A DNA stretch of 64,000 bases. It comes from an uncultured delta proteobacterium. GTDB taxonomy: Bacteria; Myxococcota_A; Polyangia; Fen-1088. The notes beneath the pieces were generated by a model that was not told the origin of the DNA, ran no database searches, and was given only the letters and a program-made list of their open reading frames with translations. Positions 1 through 10,718 of this stretch are shown one piece after another. Each line of letters begins with the position of its first letter. Positions within the stretch are counted from its first letter, which is position 1. Location of the stretch: positions 640,001-704,000 of the forward strand of contig CAWCMR010000008.1 of the NCBI GenBank assembly GCA_963796685.1. The letters are read 5' to 3'. A program made the position numbers and the translations under genes.

Positions 1-732
1 GTGGCGAGCAAGTGGACCGGGGTGTGCGTGCTCCTGCTCGCCCCCATTCTTCTGCGACGAGCGGGGAAGTCGGTCTGGCACACCGTCTGGATGTTCGGGC
101 TGGCCGCGCTCGTGTATCTCGGCATCGGCGTCGAGGCCCTGCACCTGACTCGGCAGCCCATCTCGATGGCCGGCATGATGCGTTCGAACTGGACCCTCCT
201 TCAACACCACGCCGGATTCACCACCTGGGACAATCCCGCCAGCTCGAAGTGGTACACCTGGCCCTTGCTCCTCCACCCCATCGTCATGCACCACGAGCAG
301 GTCGGCCCGGCCACGGTGCGCGCGACCTCGACCATCGGCAACCTACTGCTCTGGTTCGGCACCACGGCTTCCATCGTGCTGGCCCTTGTCGGCCTGGCGC
401 GCACGGCTTTTCGCTGGTTGCGCGCGCGGGTGGCTGTCGCCGCCCGGCACCGGCAGGACGCCTTGGTGTTGACGGGCATGGTGGCGCTCATGCTGCCATT
501 CATCGCGACCCACCGGCAGTCCTACATCTTTCACTACCTGGGCGCCTATGGCCTGGGCCTAAGCCTTCTTGCATCCCGCGTGGCACGCCTCGAACGACGC
601 TCGTCGCTGGCCGCCCTCGCCTTTCTCGCCTGCGCGGCGAGCATCTCGATGCTCTACCTACCGCTGTGGATAGGCACCCCGCAGAGCGTGCACGCGTTCC
701 TTCTCCGCCTCCCCTTCCCAGGCTGGCGTTAA
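1..732 (+). CDS. C-terminal part of a dolichyl-phosphate-mannose protein O-mannosyltransferase-like (GT39/PMT) membrane protein, truncated by window edge
   Basis: Multi-TM protein with PMT C-terminal-like motifs (SxWYTWPLLxxP, GNxLLW, YIFHYL). Confidence 0.7.
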   Translation: MASKWTGVCVLLLAPILLRRAGKSVWHTVWMFGLAALVYLGIGVEALHLTRQPISMAGMMRSNWTLLQHHAGFTTWDNPASSKWYTWPLLLHPIVMHHEQVGPATVRATSTIGNLLLWFGTTASIVLALVGLARTAFRWLRARVAVAARHRQDALVLTGMVALMLPFIATHRQSYIFHYLGAYGLGLSLLASRVARLERRSSLAALAFLACAASISMLYLPLWIGTPQSVHAFLLRLPFPGWR

Positions 733-735
733 ACC

Positions 736-985
736 CTAGAGCACCGAACGGGTTGAATTCCTCCTGAATCCAAGGGATTGCCTGGCGCCGCCGAGGCCGC
801 TGTGCAGAGCGCGCACAAGCTTTTTTTTCACCACAGAGAACACAGAGGGCACAGAGGCCCGGAAAAGTAAGGGGTTTCCGGATCTCGATCCGAACCCTTC
901 ATTTCTCATCCGTCTCTGTGTTCTCTGTGTCCTCTGTGGTTAGAATCCGGAAATTGCTCGGGTTTCAAACCGTTCGGTGCTCTAG
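736..985. mobile_element. MITE-like element with 22-bp terminal inverted repeats beginning and ending in CTAG
   Basis: CTAGAGCACCGAACGGGTTGAA (736-757) vs TTCAAACCGTTCGGTGCTCTAG (964-985), one mismatch; no ORF inside. Confidence 0.65.
829..941. repeat. CACAGAG-type REP-like hairpin (three tandem CACAGAG units and their inverted copies)
   Basis: CACCACAGAGAACACAGAGGGCACAGAG ... CTCTGTGTTCTCTGTGTCCTCTGTGGTT. Confidence 0.75.
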
Positions 986-2007
986 TAGATCTCGACTTCG
1001 GCCAGGTGGAAGAAGTTGGGCGGGGTGTTCTTGAGGCGCACGTAGCGCCCCTCGGCGTGCAGCCCCTTGACGGTCCACTTGTCGAAGGTCTCTTTGCGCT
1101 CGGCGATCTGCTTGTAGTTCTGGTTGTCGTTGCTGACTTCAATCTTCAGCGGCACGGCCCGTTCCTCGAATCCGTCGGGCCGGTTGTACACGACGATCTT
1201 GTGGAACTTGACCACCTTGCCCAAATCGATCACGACCCACTGCTGGCCGCCTTCCAGGGTATGGAACCCGAGGGTGTCGGGATCGCCGTCGACGAGCAAG
1301 GAATGATCCACGCCTTGGCCCGGGAACTGGCTGCTGACCGTGACCGCGGCATGGAGCGCGAGATCGGGCCCGCTCAGCTTCTTGCTGAGCCACCTGCCGG
1401 ACAACGCGAGGGCCACCGCCAACACCACCCCCACCACGAACACGCGTGACCAGCGGGCGAAGAGCACGCGCCCCAGCCGATTGGCCTCCATCTCGAGCGG
1501 TTCCGCCAGGCGCATCACCAGATCGTGCAACCCGATGGCGAAGGAATCGCGCTCCTCACCGGCAAGCTTTGCAATGGTCGCATCCCGGTCCGGGCCGAGC
1601 AAGGCCATCAAGGTCGCGGAATGCTCGGGTGCGAGCTTGGCCCAGGCGGCCTCCACGATGGGAATTCCTCGCGCACTCTCCCAGTCGCCGGGACCAAGCG
1701 GACCCGTCCCGGTCGGCATACCCGAGCGTGCCAGATACGCGCGCGTGAGCAATTCGACGGCCGTCGTATCGAGCAGCAGCACCGCCCAGCTCCCCTTCCC
1801 GGTTTCGCCGATCTTGACCACATCGTCGCAGATCTGCCGCGCGACCTCGTACCAGGCGAACCCCGGCTTGGAGGGACCGAAGGTCTGCTCCCGCGCCTCG
1901 GCCACGCGCGGCCCCATCCACAACACCCGGCCAAGCCAGCTCGATGCCGGCTTCGCCTGCTCCTCGGTGGTCTGCCCGCTCACGTTCTCGCTGTTGTCGT
2001 CGCTCAT
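982..2007 (-). CDS. Membrane protein with C-terminal discoidin (F5/8 type C) domain
   Basis: One TM segment, then ...FHT...WVVIDLG...VVYNR...GRYVRL...LAEVEIY. Confidence 0.75.
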   Translation of the reverse strand: MSDDNSENVSGQTTEEQAKPASSWLGRVLWMGPRVAEAREQTFGPSKPGFAWYEVARQICDDVVKIGETGKGSWAVLLLDTTAVELLTRAYLARSGMPTGTGPLGPGDWESARGIPIVEAAWAKLAPEHSATLMALLGPDRDATIAKLAGEERDSFAIGLHDLVMRLAEPLEMEANRLGRVLFARWSRVFVVGVVLAVALALSGRWLSKKLSGPDLALHAAVTVSSQFPGQGVDHSLLVDGDPDTLGFHTLEGGQQWVVIDLGKVVKFHKIVVYNRPDGFEERAVPLKIEVSNDNQNYKQIAERKETFDKWTVKGLHAEGRYVRLKNTPPNFFHLAEVEIY

Positions 2008-2093
2008 GACGCTACCGTTTATACCCCAGACTCGGGCGCCTGGGTACCGTCACCTGCCACCCGAACGTCGGGGCCAGGAACCAAGAAGAGAAA

Positions 2094-2226
2094 GCACGGA
2101 GGACAACCGAGGGTACGGAGGACGCGGAAAGATGCATCTTCCGTCGTCCAAAGGTATCCGCAATCCTTTTGTCTCTGTGCTCTCCGTGTTCTCTGTGTTG
2201 AGAGACTCGGAAGCTGGGTGCTCTAG
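2094..2226. repeat. Second, degenerate CACAGAG/CACGGAG hairpin ending in GGTGCTCTAG
   Basis: CACGGAGGACAACCGAGGGTACGGAG ... CTCTGTGCTCTCCGTGTTCTCTGTG; right end matches the 736-985 element end. Confidence 0.55.
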
Positions 2227-2726
2227 AACTTGGCGCTGACCTCGGCGTCGGCCTCGAGGACCTTGCGCAGGCGGGCTTCGCGCTCGGCGGCCACGCGCTG
2301 GGAAAGCGCCGCATCCGAAATCGCCACGATCTGCGCGGCCAGAAGACCCGCGTTCTCGGCGCCACCGATGGCAACCGTGGCCACCGGGATGCCAGGCGGC
2401 ATCATCGCGGTGGACAGGAGCGCGTCCATGCCTTGCAAGCTCCCCGACGCAATGGGGATCCCGATCACAGGACGGGTGGTGTGGGCCGCCACACTCCCTG
2501 CCAGGTGCGCGGCTCCGCCCGCCCCGCAGATGAACACCTTGGTTCCCGTGCGTGCGGCCTCGCGCACGAAGGCCGCGGTTTGCTCGGGCGTCCGGTGCGC
2601 AGAGAGCACGCGCACGGCCACGCGCAGACCAAGGGCCTTGAGCACGTCGGCAGCCGGTTTCATGGTGGCGAGGTCGGACTTCGACCCCATCAAAATTGCA
2701 ACGTCGCAGGTGGTATTGTCGCTCAT
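2223..2726 (-). CDS. purE: N5-carboxyaminoimidazole ribonucleotide mutase
   Basis: MGSKSD, SAHRTP, GAGGAAHLAG, PPGIPVATVAIG motifs; ATG at 2726 overlaps the purD stop. Confidence 0.96.
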   Translation of the reverse strand: MSDNTTCDVAILMGSKSDLATMKPAADVLKALGLRVAVRVLSAHRTPEQTAAFVREAARTGTKVFICGAGGAAHLAGSVAAHTTRPVIGIPIASGSLQGMDALLSTAMMPPGIPVATVAIGGAENAGLLAAQIVAISDAALSQRVAAEREARLRKVLEADAEVSAKF

Positions 2727-4036
2727 GGTGTGCCTCGCAGTCCGATGTCTTTGCGAAAGTGCATGCCGGGCCAAGAGATACGGCCGATGCCGGCGTAGGC
2801 GCGACCGCGCGCCTCGTCCAGGTTGCCCCCGCTGGCCGTCACGCCCAGCACGCGTCCGCCGCTGGTGACCAGGTGGCCGCGGTGACGCTTGGTGCCGGCG
2901 TGAAAAACGACGACCTCGCCGTCCCCGCCGGGGAGCTGTCCGTCGTCGCCCAGGCCCGCGATGGCATCGCCCGAGCGAACCTTTCCGGGATAGCCCTCGG
3001 CGGCCAGCACCACGCACACCGCCAGCCCGGGCAGCCAATCCGGCGAGCGCAGGGGAAGTTGGCCCGAGGCCGCGTCGAGCAGCCAGGGCAGAAGATCCTC
3101 GGCGAGGCGTGGGAGCACGGCCTGGGTTTCGGGGTCCCCGAAGCGGCAGTTCCACTCGATGACCATGGGGCCGCGATCCTTCGTCAACATGAGGCCCCCG
3201 TAGAGCAGGCCACGAAAAGGTCGCCCCTCGTCCGCCATGGCGGCCACCAGCGGCGCGAAGAGGGTGCGCGCGATGCATTCCGCCAGCGCCTTGTCCACCA
3301 ACGGCGAGGGCGAATAGGCGCCCATACCGCCCGTGTTCGGACCACGATCGCCGTCGAGAACCGCCTTGTGATCCTCGGCCGAGTCGAGCAGCACGAAGCG
3401 CGTGCCGTCGCACAGGGCCATCATGGAAACCTCGCGCCCGACCAGCCGTTCCTCGACCACGACCCGCGCGCCGGCCTCGCCGAACACGCGCTCGACCAAC
3501 ATGGAGCGAACGGCCTGCTTCGCTTCATCGTGCGAGGAAGCCACCACCACCCCCTTGCCCGCGCACAGGCCGTCGGCCTTGACCACGACGTCGCCAGGCT
3601 GGGCGTCGATGAAGGCATCCGCGGCAGCGACCTCCGAGAAGCTGCCGTAGGCGGCGGTGGGAATACCGGCCCGGCGCATGAGATCCTTGGCGAACTGCTT
3701 CGAGCCTTCGATCTCGGCGGCCGCACGTGAAGGACCGAAGAAACGAATGCGGGCAGCGGCGCAGGCGTCGCCCAGTCCGGCCATGAGCGGAACCTCCGGA
3801 CCGCACACCACCAGATCGATTCTCTCCTTGCTGGCCAAGGCCACCAAGGCGTCGGTGGCGTCGGCGGCGACCTTGGAAAGGGTAACCCGGCCCTCGGCCA
3901 TACCGCGTCCCAGGGCTTCGATGCCGGGATTGCCCGGCGCCGCGATCAGGCGATCGCACAAGGGGCTTTGCAGAAGCTTCCAGGCCAGGGCGTGCTCGCG
4001 CCCGCCCGAGCCGATCAACAAAACACGGTACCCCAT
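2723..4036 (-). CDS. purD: Phosphoribosylamine-glycine ligase
   Basis: GSGGREHALAW, KADGLCAGKGV, GPNTGGMGAY, RFGDPETQ. Confidence 0.97.
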   Translation of the reverse strand: MGYRVLLIGSGGREHALAWKLLQSPLCDRLIAAPGNPGIEALGRGMAEGRVTLSKVAADATDALVALASKERIDLVVCGPEVPLMAGLGDACAAARIRFFGPSRAAAEIEGSKQFAKDLMRRAGIPTAAYGSFSEVAAADAFIDAQPGDVVVKADGLCAGKGVVVASSHDEAKQAVRSMLVERVFGEAGARVVVEERLVGREVSMMALCDGTRFVLLDSAEDHKAVLDGDRGPNTGGMGAYSPSPLVDKALAECIARTLFAPLVAAMADEGRPFRGLLYGGLMLTKDRGPMVIEWNCRFGDPETQAVLPRLAEDLLPWLLDAASGQLPLRSPDWLPGLAVCVVLAAEGYPGKVRSGDAIAGLGDDGQLPGGDGEVVVFHAGTKRHRGHLVTSGGRVLGVTASGGNLDEARGRAYAGIGRISWPGMHFRKDIGLRGTP

Positions 4037-4039
4037 GTT

Positions 4040-5593
4040 CTAATGCCGGAAGTGGCGCTCGCCCGAGAACAGAAGTGCGATCTTGTGCTCGTTGGCCGCG
4101 GCGATGACTTCGTCGTCGCGCACCGAACCGCCGGGCTCGATGACCGCGGTTACCCCGACCTTGGCCGCTTCGTCGAGGCCATCACGGAACGGGAAGAAGG
4201 CGTCCGAGGCCAGCACCGAGCCCTTGAGCGGAAGCAAGGCCTTCGACACCGCCAGCTTGACCGAGTCCACCCGCGACATTTGGCCGGCGCCCACGCCCAG
4301 GGTGCGACCGCCGCCCACGAACACGATGGCGTTCGACTTGACGTGCTTGGCCACGCGCCAGGCGAAGTCCAGATCGTCGATCTCGGTCTGCGTCGGCTTG
4401 CGTTCCGAGACCACCTTGGCCGTACTGGCGGCGCAGGTCGTGGCATCGGTGGCCTGCACCAGGATGCCTCCGGAAACCGTGCGCATGTCGAGCTGCCCTG
4501 GAGCCGGCGGAGCGATGACCGCGCGCAGGAGGCGAAGGTTCTTCTTGGCCGAGAAGATCTTGAGCGCCTCGGGCGAGAACTCCGGCGCCACGATGCACTC
4601 GAGGAAGACCTCGGTCATCAGCTTGGCCAAATCCTCCTCGACCTTGCGGTTGAAGGCCACGATGCCGCCGAACGCGGATACCGGGTCGGTCTCGCGCGCC
4701 AACTTGTAGGCATCGAGCACGCCCTTGCTCGACACCGCGATGCCACAGGGGTTGGTGTGCTTGATGATGCACGCCACGGGCGGCGAGAATTCGGCGCACA
4801 GCTTCATGGCCGCGTCCAGGTCGAGCAGGTTGTTGTAGGAAAGCTCCTTGCCCTGGAGGACGTCGGCGCGCGCGAGCGACATGCCCGAGGGCGCGTCCCA
4901 GGCATAGAAGGCGGCCTTCTGGTGCGGATTTTCGCCGTAGCGGAGCGCGCGGTCGAGGTGCAGCGCCGGGTGCAGCGTGGCGGAGAAATCGGACACGGCC
5001 TCTCCGTTTTCGGTCAGCCGGCCGAGGTGGCTGGCGATGGCGCCGTCGTAGGCCGCGGTGTGCGCGAAGGCCTTGCGGCACAGCTCGAAGCGCAGTGCCT
5101 GCGAGATCTCCCCTCGCGTTTCGATCTCGGTCAGCACGCGATCGTAGTCGGCCGGATCCACGACCACGGTCACGCGCTCGTGGTTCTTGGCCGCCGAGCG
5201 CACCATGGCCGGGCCGCCGATGTCGATGTTCTCGATGATGTCCTCGAAAGAGGCACCCCGCGCGACCGTCTCGCGGAAAGGATAGAGGTTGACCACCACG
5301 AGGTCGATGGCGTCGATGCCGTGCTCGCGCATCTGCCTGCGGTGCTCGTCGGTGGCGCGGCCAAGGATCCCGCCGTGCACGCGCGGGTGCAGGGTCTTGA
5401 CCCGGCCATCGAGCATCTCGGGAAAGCCGGTGAAGTCGCTCACGTCCTTGACGGGCACCTGAGCCTCGCGCAGGGCACGCGCCGTTCCGCCGGTGGAGAG
5501 GATTTCGACGCCCAGCTTGGCCAGGCGCTTGCCGAGATCCAGGATGCCTTTCTTGTCCGAGACCGAAATCAAAGCACGAGCGACCTTTTGCAT
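4040..5593 (-). CDS. purH: Bifunctional AICAR transformylase/IMP cyclohydrolase
   Basis: ALISVSDK, GRVKTLHP, LRYGENPHQ, KHTNPCG, SDAFFPF, RHFRH. Confidence 0.97.
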   Translation of the reverse strand: MQKVARALISVSDKKGILDLGKRLAKLGVEILSTGGTARALREAQVPVKDVSDFTGFPEMLDGRVKTLHPRVHGGILGRATDEHRRQMREHGIDAIDLVVVNLYPFRETVARGASFEDIIENIDIGGPAMVRSAAKNHERVTVVVDPADYDRVLTEIETRGEISQALRFELCRKAFAHTAAYDGAIASHLGRLTENGEAVSDFSATLHPALHLDRALRYGENPHQKAAFYAWDAPSGMSLARADVLQGKELSYNNLLDLDAAMKLCAEFSPPVACIIKHTNPCGIAVSSKGVLDAYKLARETDPVSAFGGIVAFNRKVEEDLAKLMTEVFLECIVAPEFSPEALKIFSAKKNLRLLRAVIAPPAPGQLDMRTVSGGILVQATDATTCAASTAKVVSERKPTQTEIDDLDFAWRVAKHVKSNAIVFVGGGRTLGVGAGQMSRVDSVKLAVSKALLPLKGSVLASDAFFPFRDGLDEAAKVGVTAVIEPGGSVRDDEVIAAANEHKIALLFSGERHFRH

Positions 5594-5730
5594 GAGCGGA
5601 TTCTTACCATAGCCGCGCCCGGTTTCGGCCGCTTCCGTACAAAGACGGGCGTCACGATGCGCGATCGCAGCATCGGACGATGGTCCTTGTCATCGCGAGG
5701 TTTTTGTCCCAAAGATCCGGCCCATAAGCC

Positions 5731-7037
<1,307 letters not shown>

Positions 7038-7041
<4 letters not shown>

Positions 7042-7705
7042 CGCCACGCCTTGGCCCGCGCAAAAAGTCGACCTCGGCCTGTGTGAGTACGGCCAGGCTC
7101 TGCGCCTGCAGCAGGAGCTCGTAAGCAAGCGCCAGGCCGGGATCGTTCCTGACACCCTGGTCCTCGTCGAGCACCCTCCCGCGATCACGAAGGGGCGTTC
7201 GGCCCGACCGGAAAACGTCGTCGACGCCGGCGACGTGCCGGTGTTCGCCATCGAGCGCGGAGGCGACGTCACCTACCACGGGCCCGGCCAGCTCGTGGCC
7301 TACCCGATCTTTCTGCTGCGCGAGGCGGAGCGCGACCTGCACGGTTACCTGCGCGGCCTGGAAGAGGCCATCTTGCGCACCCTCGCGGACTTCCGCATCG
7401 CGGGTGCGCGCCGACCGGGCCTGACGGGCGTCTGGACCGCGGATGAAGACACGCCACGCAAGCTGGCCTCCATCGGGGTCGCCGTCCGCAAGTGGGTCAC
7501 GATGCACGGCCTCGCGCTCAACGTGAACACCGATCTCGCGCGCTTCGCCGCCATCCATCCCTGCGGCCTCGACGCCAGGGTGATGACCTCGATGGCGATC
7601 GAGCGCGGACAGTCGACAGACTTCATCGCGGTCAAGGCCACGTTGGCCAACCACCTGGCGGCGGTGTTCGACCGGGCGTGGCTCCCGGCAATCGACTCTC
7701 CTTGA
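7038..7705 (+). CDS. lipB: Octanoyltransferase LipB; the 5' end needs one extra base in the A5 run at 7062-7066 to reach the TTG at 7038
   Basis: VDLGLCEYxxAxxLQ...LVEHP...RGGDVTYHGPGQLVAYPI...KLASIG...HGLALN in the frame of ORF 7235-7705, extending upstream to ~7067. Confidence 0.88.
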
Positions 7706-7728
7706 CGAATAGGGCAGTATCCCCGTCC

Positions 7729-8973
7729 GTGCACATCGCGGACGACCGACCTTTGCGGCTTCCCATCGCTTGCGTGGCGCTGGCCACGGGCTTCATCGCC
7801 CTGCTCTGTCCCCGGACGCCGCGCGCCCAGCCGCTCCTCGATCTGCCCGACCCCGCCCCGGCGACGGATGTAGCCCCCGCGGTAGTCCCCACCGCACCCG
7901 TCACGCCCGTGGCAAACGTGCCCGTGCCCGCTCCCGGTGACAGCATCACCGCCCAGGTCGGCACACGTGCAGCCCTGCGCGCGCAGAATCCCAACACGCC
8001 GAGCAAGATCGACGACCTGGGCATGGAAGGCGAAGCCGACGTCGTGTTCTGGGGTCAGGTGCACCCCTTCCTGAAGTGGCAGGCCGGCTTCATCGGCGCG
8101 TTCGGTCCCCAGGGTGCGGCCGCCAGCGCGGCGCTGCTCGATCTGGTGGCCAAGCTGGAATTCGCCGAGGCCTTCAATCTGTGGCTCGGCCGCATGCCCG
8201 TCCCCTCCGATCGCGCCAGCCTCAGCACGGTGTGGGCCATCGCGCCTTGGACCCTGCCCGGCAGGTACAGCGTCTTTGCCCCCTTCGCCAGCACCAACAT
8301 CCGCCCTGCCCCTGGGCCGCGCCTGGGCGACGCCAACGATCGAAGCGACGGCGCCACGGTGTGGGGAAAGCTGGGCGGGGGAAAATTCAAGTACTATCTC
8401 GGCATCTTCGGCCTCGACCAGGCGGACACCAGCCCGCTCTACTCGGCGCGGTTGGCCCTGAGCCTGCTTGGCGCCGAGCCCGGCTTCCGCACCAGCAGCA
8501 CGTATTTCGGCACCAAAGACGTCCTCGCACTGGGGGTCGGGGCCCAGCACCGCGCCGGCGACTCGCGACCACCCACGACCGGCGCGACCCCGGCGAGCAA
8601 TTTCAACGAGCTCAATGGCGATTTGCTCTTCGAGAAGGGCAGCAGCGCCGCGGGCGTCCTGGATCTGGAAGGCTCGTTCGCCAAGCTGTGGGGCGACAAC
8701 GAGCTGGCGAGCTACCAGTTCTTCGCCCTGGCCAGCTACCTCATGCCCGTCGAGATTGGCATCGGGAAGTTGCAGCCGCTCGTGCGCGTCCAGCACGCGG
8801 GCAAGGGCAAGGCCGTGGATGCGGGCGACTTCACCAGCCTCGACGCCCAGATCGGCTACATCATCGACGGCTTTCACGCCCGCCTGCTGGGCGTCTACCA
8901 GTACGGCCGCGTCCTGGGTCAGACCGAAAATGCGATCCTCTTCGGCGTGCAGATGCTCTCGCACACGAAGTAG
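7729..8973 (+). CDS. Outer-membrane porin-like beta-barrel protein (phosphate/short-chain amide porin-like)
   Basis: Signal-peptide-like N-terminus, Pro-rich linker, amphipathic beta strands, LLDLVAKLEF/GRMPVPSDR/DGATVWG; start approximate. Confidence 0.55.
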   Translation: MHIADDRPLRLPIACVALATGFIALLCPRTPRAQPLLDLPDPAPATDVAPAVVPTAPVTPVANVPVPAPGDSITAQVGTRAALRAQNPNTPSKIDDLGMEGEADVVFWGQVHPFLKWQAGFIGAFGPQGAAASAALLDLVAKLEFAEAFNLWLGRMPVPSDRASLSTVWAIAPWTLPGRYSVFAPFASTNIRPAPGPRLGDANDRSDGATVWGKLGGGKFKYYLGIFGLDQADTSPLYSARLALSLLGAEPGFRTSSTYFGTKDVLALGVGAQHRAGDSRPPTTGATPASNFNELNGDLLFEKGSSAAGVLDLEGSFAKLWGDNELASYQFFALASYLMPVEIGIGKLQPLVRVQHAGKGKAVDAGDFTSLDAQIGYIIDGFHARLLGVYQYGRVLGQTENAILFGVQMLSHTK

Positions 8974-9411
8974 GACCGGGCAGCGGCGACGATCAAACGA
9001 TAGTCCCCTGGCCGTGGCGACGCACGAGTGCCCGAAGTTCGGATTTTTGTTTTTCCCGGCTTCGGTGTCTAGCATCCAAGATGCCGTTTGCACCAACCCG
9101 GCCACCTGCCCCGATGCCGAATACTCCCCCATCCCCAGCAGCGAAAGTTGGCACTATTCACTGGCCCACTGGGTGGAAGACGATCCCACGGTTGGCGACG
9201 GCGCCTTCAGCAGCCCGGCAAGACCACCTATGGCGTTCTCGCCCGCCACGTTCACGTGACCCTGAGCGGAAACGATCCCCTGGCCATCGCCTCGGTCATC
9301 TGCGGCCGGCTGATCCGCAAAGCCTGGTTCACAGCCACTGCGCAGTAAGAAAGTCAAAGCCTTCGATATCGTACTTTACGTATTTTATTACTGAACGTAT
9401 ACTATGATATC

Positions 9412-10548
9412 ATGCTATCTCGACCCTTCTGGCAAGAGCGCCTCGCCACCGCTTGGCGGGAGGCGCCCATCGCGTGGCTGTGCGGTGTGCGACGCTGTGG
9501 CAAGACCGTTCTCGCCGAGAGCTTCGGGCCAAAGCAAACCCTCTTCGTCAACTGCGATCTGCCCGCCGCGGAGGACATGCTTCGCGATCCACAGGTCTTC
9601 TTTCGCTCGTGCAAGAAGCCGGTGGTGGTGTTCGACGAAATCCATCAGCTTCGCGACCCTGCGCGCGTTCTGAAGATCGGCGCCGATCTCTTCCCGAAGT
9701 TGAGGATCCTGGCCACCGGTTCATCGACCCTGGCCGCGAGCAAGAAGTTCCGCGACACCCTGACCGGCCGCAAGCGAGTCGTGCACCTCTTGCCCGTTCT
9801 GTGGACCGAGCTCGAAACCTTCGGCGCCACGCTGCCTGAGCGCCTCTTCCACGGGGGCCTTCCCCAGGCCCTGCTGGCCAAAGAGAAGAACCCATCCTTC
9901 TACCGCGAGTGGATGGATTCCTTCTTCGCGCGTGACATCCAGCGCCTGTTCGGTTTTCGCGATGTGAACCGATTCAACGCCCTCTTCGACTACCTGCTTC
10001 GGCAAAGTGGCGGGCAACTGGAGAGCACGCGCACGGCCTCGGCCATTGGTATCACGCGACCCACCGTGGAAAGCCATCTACGGGCGCTCGAAATCACCAA
10101 TGCCGCGACCTTGGTGCGGCCGTTCCATGGCGGCGGCCAGAACGAAGTGGTGAAGATGCCCAAAGTCTACGGCTTCGACACCGGTTTCGTCAGCTTCGCC
10201 CGTGGGTGGGATCCGCTGCGCCAGGAGGACTTGGGCCTGCTCTGGGAGCACTTCGTGCTCGAACAGTTGCAAGCGTACTTTCCCGACACGCCGGTACGAT
10301 ACTGGCGTGACAAGGCTGGCCGCGAAATAGACTTCGTGCTCGCCCAGCGCCGCGACCAAATCGACGTTGTCGAGTGCAAATGGAATCCAGACTCGTTCGA
10401 CGCCAACGCACTCAAGCTCTTTCGCGGCTATTACCCCAAGGGCAAGAACTACCTCGTCACGCCCTCCGGAGATCCCGCGTACAGGAAAGTTTACGGCAAG
10501 CTGGAGGTTCGCATCTGCACTCCGTCACACTTTGCCGTGAAGACTTGA
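9412..10548 (+). CDS. AAA+ ATPase with DUF4143 and C-terminal PD-(D/E)xK-like domain
   Basis: Walker A GVRRCGKT, Walker B VVFDEIH, TGSS, LTGR, KxYxFDTG, YWRD..GREIDF..VECK. Confidence 0.88.
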   Translation: MLSRPFWQERLATAWREAPIAWLCGVRRCGKTVLAESFGPKQTLFVNCDLPAAEDMLRDPQVFFRSCKKPVVVFDEIHQLRDPARVLKIGADLFPKLRILATGSSTLAASKKFRDTLTGRKRVVHLLPVLWTELETFGATLPERLFHGGLPQALLAKEKNPSFYREWMDSFFARDIQRLFGFRDVNRFNALFDYLLRQSGGQLESTRTASAIGITRPTVESHLRALEITNAATLVRPFHGGGQNEVVKMPKVYGFDTGFVSFARGWDPLRQEDLGLLWEHFVLEQLQAYFPDTPVRYWRDKAGREIDFVLAQRRDQIDVVECKWNPDSFDANALKLFRGYYPKGKNYLVTPSGDPAYRKVYGKLEVRICTPSHFAVKT

Positions 10549-10635
10549 AGTCGCGCCGACGCCCGGGCTCGTCAGCCCAGGGTCGTAGGCTGCACCGGCA
10601 GATCGAGGATCGACAGTACCTGGATCTCTTCATAA

Positions 10636-10672
10636 CCATGAAAATCCTCAGATCATTTGAGGATTTTCATGG
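10636..10672. promoter_or_regulatory. Perfect 15-bp AT-rich inverted repeat (operator or bidirectional terminator)
   Basis: CCATGAAAATCCTCA-GATCATT-TGAGGATTTTCATGG between convergent genes. Confidence 0.5.
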
Positions 10673-10718
10673 ATACTCGGAACGCTCGCGGTTGCCCCCT
10701 GGGGGCATGCCGAGCTAT

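Noticed and set aside
7062-7066. lipB programmed frameshift or pseudogene
   Set aside because: A one-base deficit in an A homopolymer of a conserved housekeeping gene is most likely a sequencing error
8974-9400. Small ORFs between the porin and the ATPase
   Set aside because: No recognisable domain or convincing start; possibly a gene remnant
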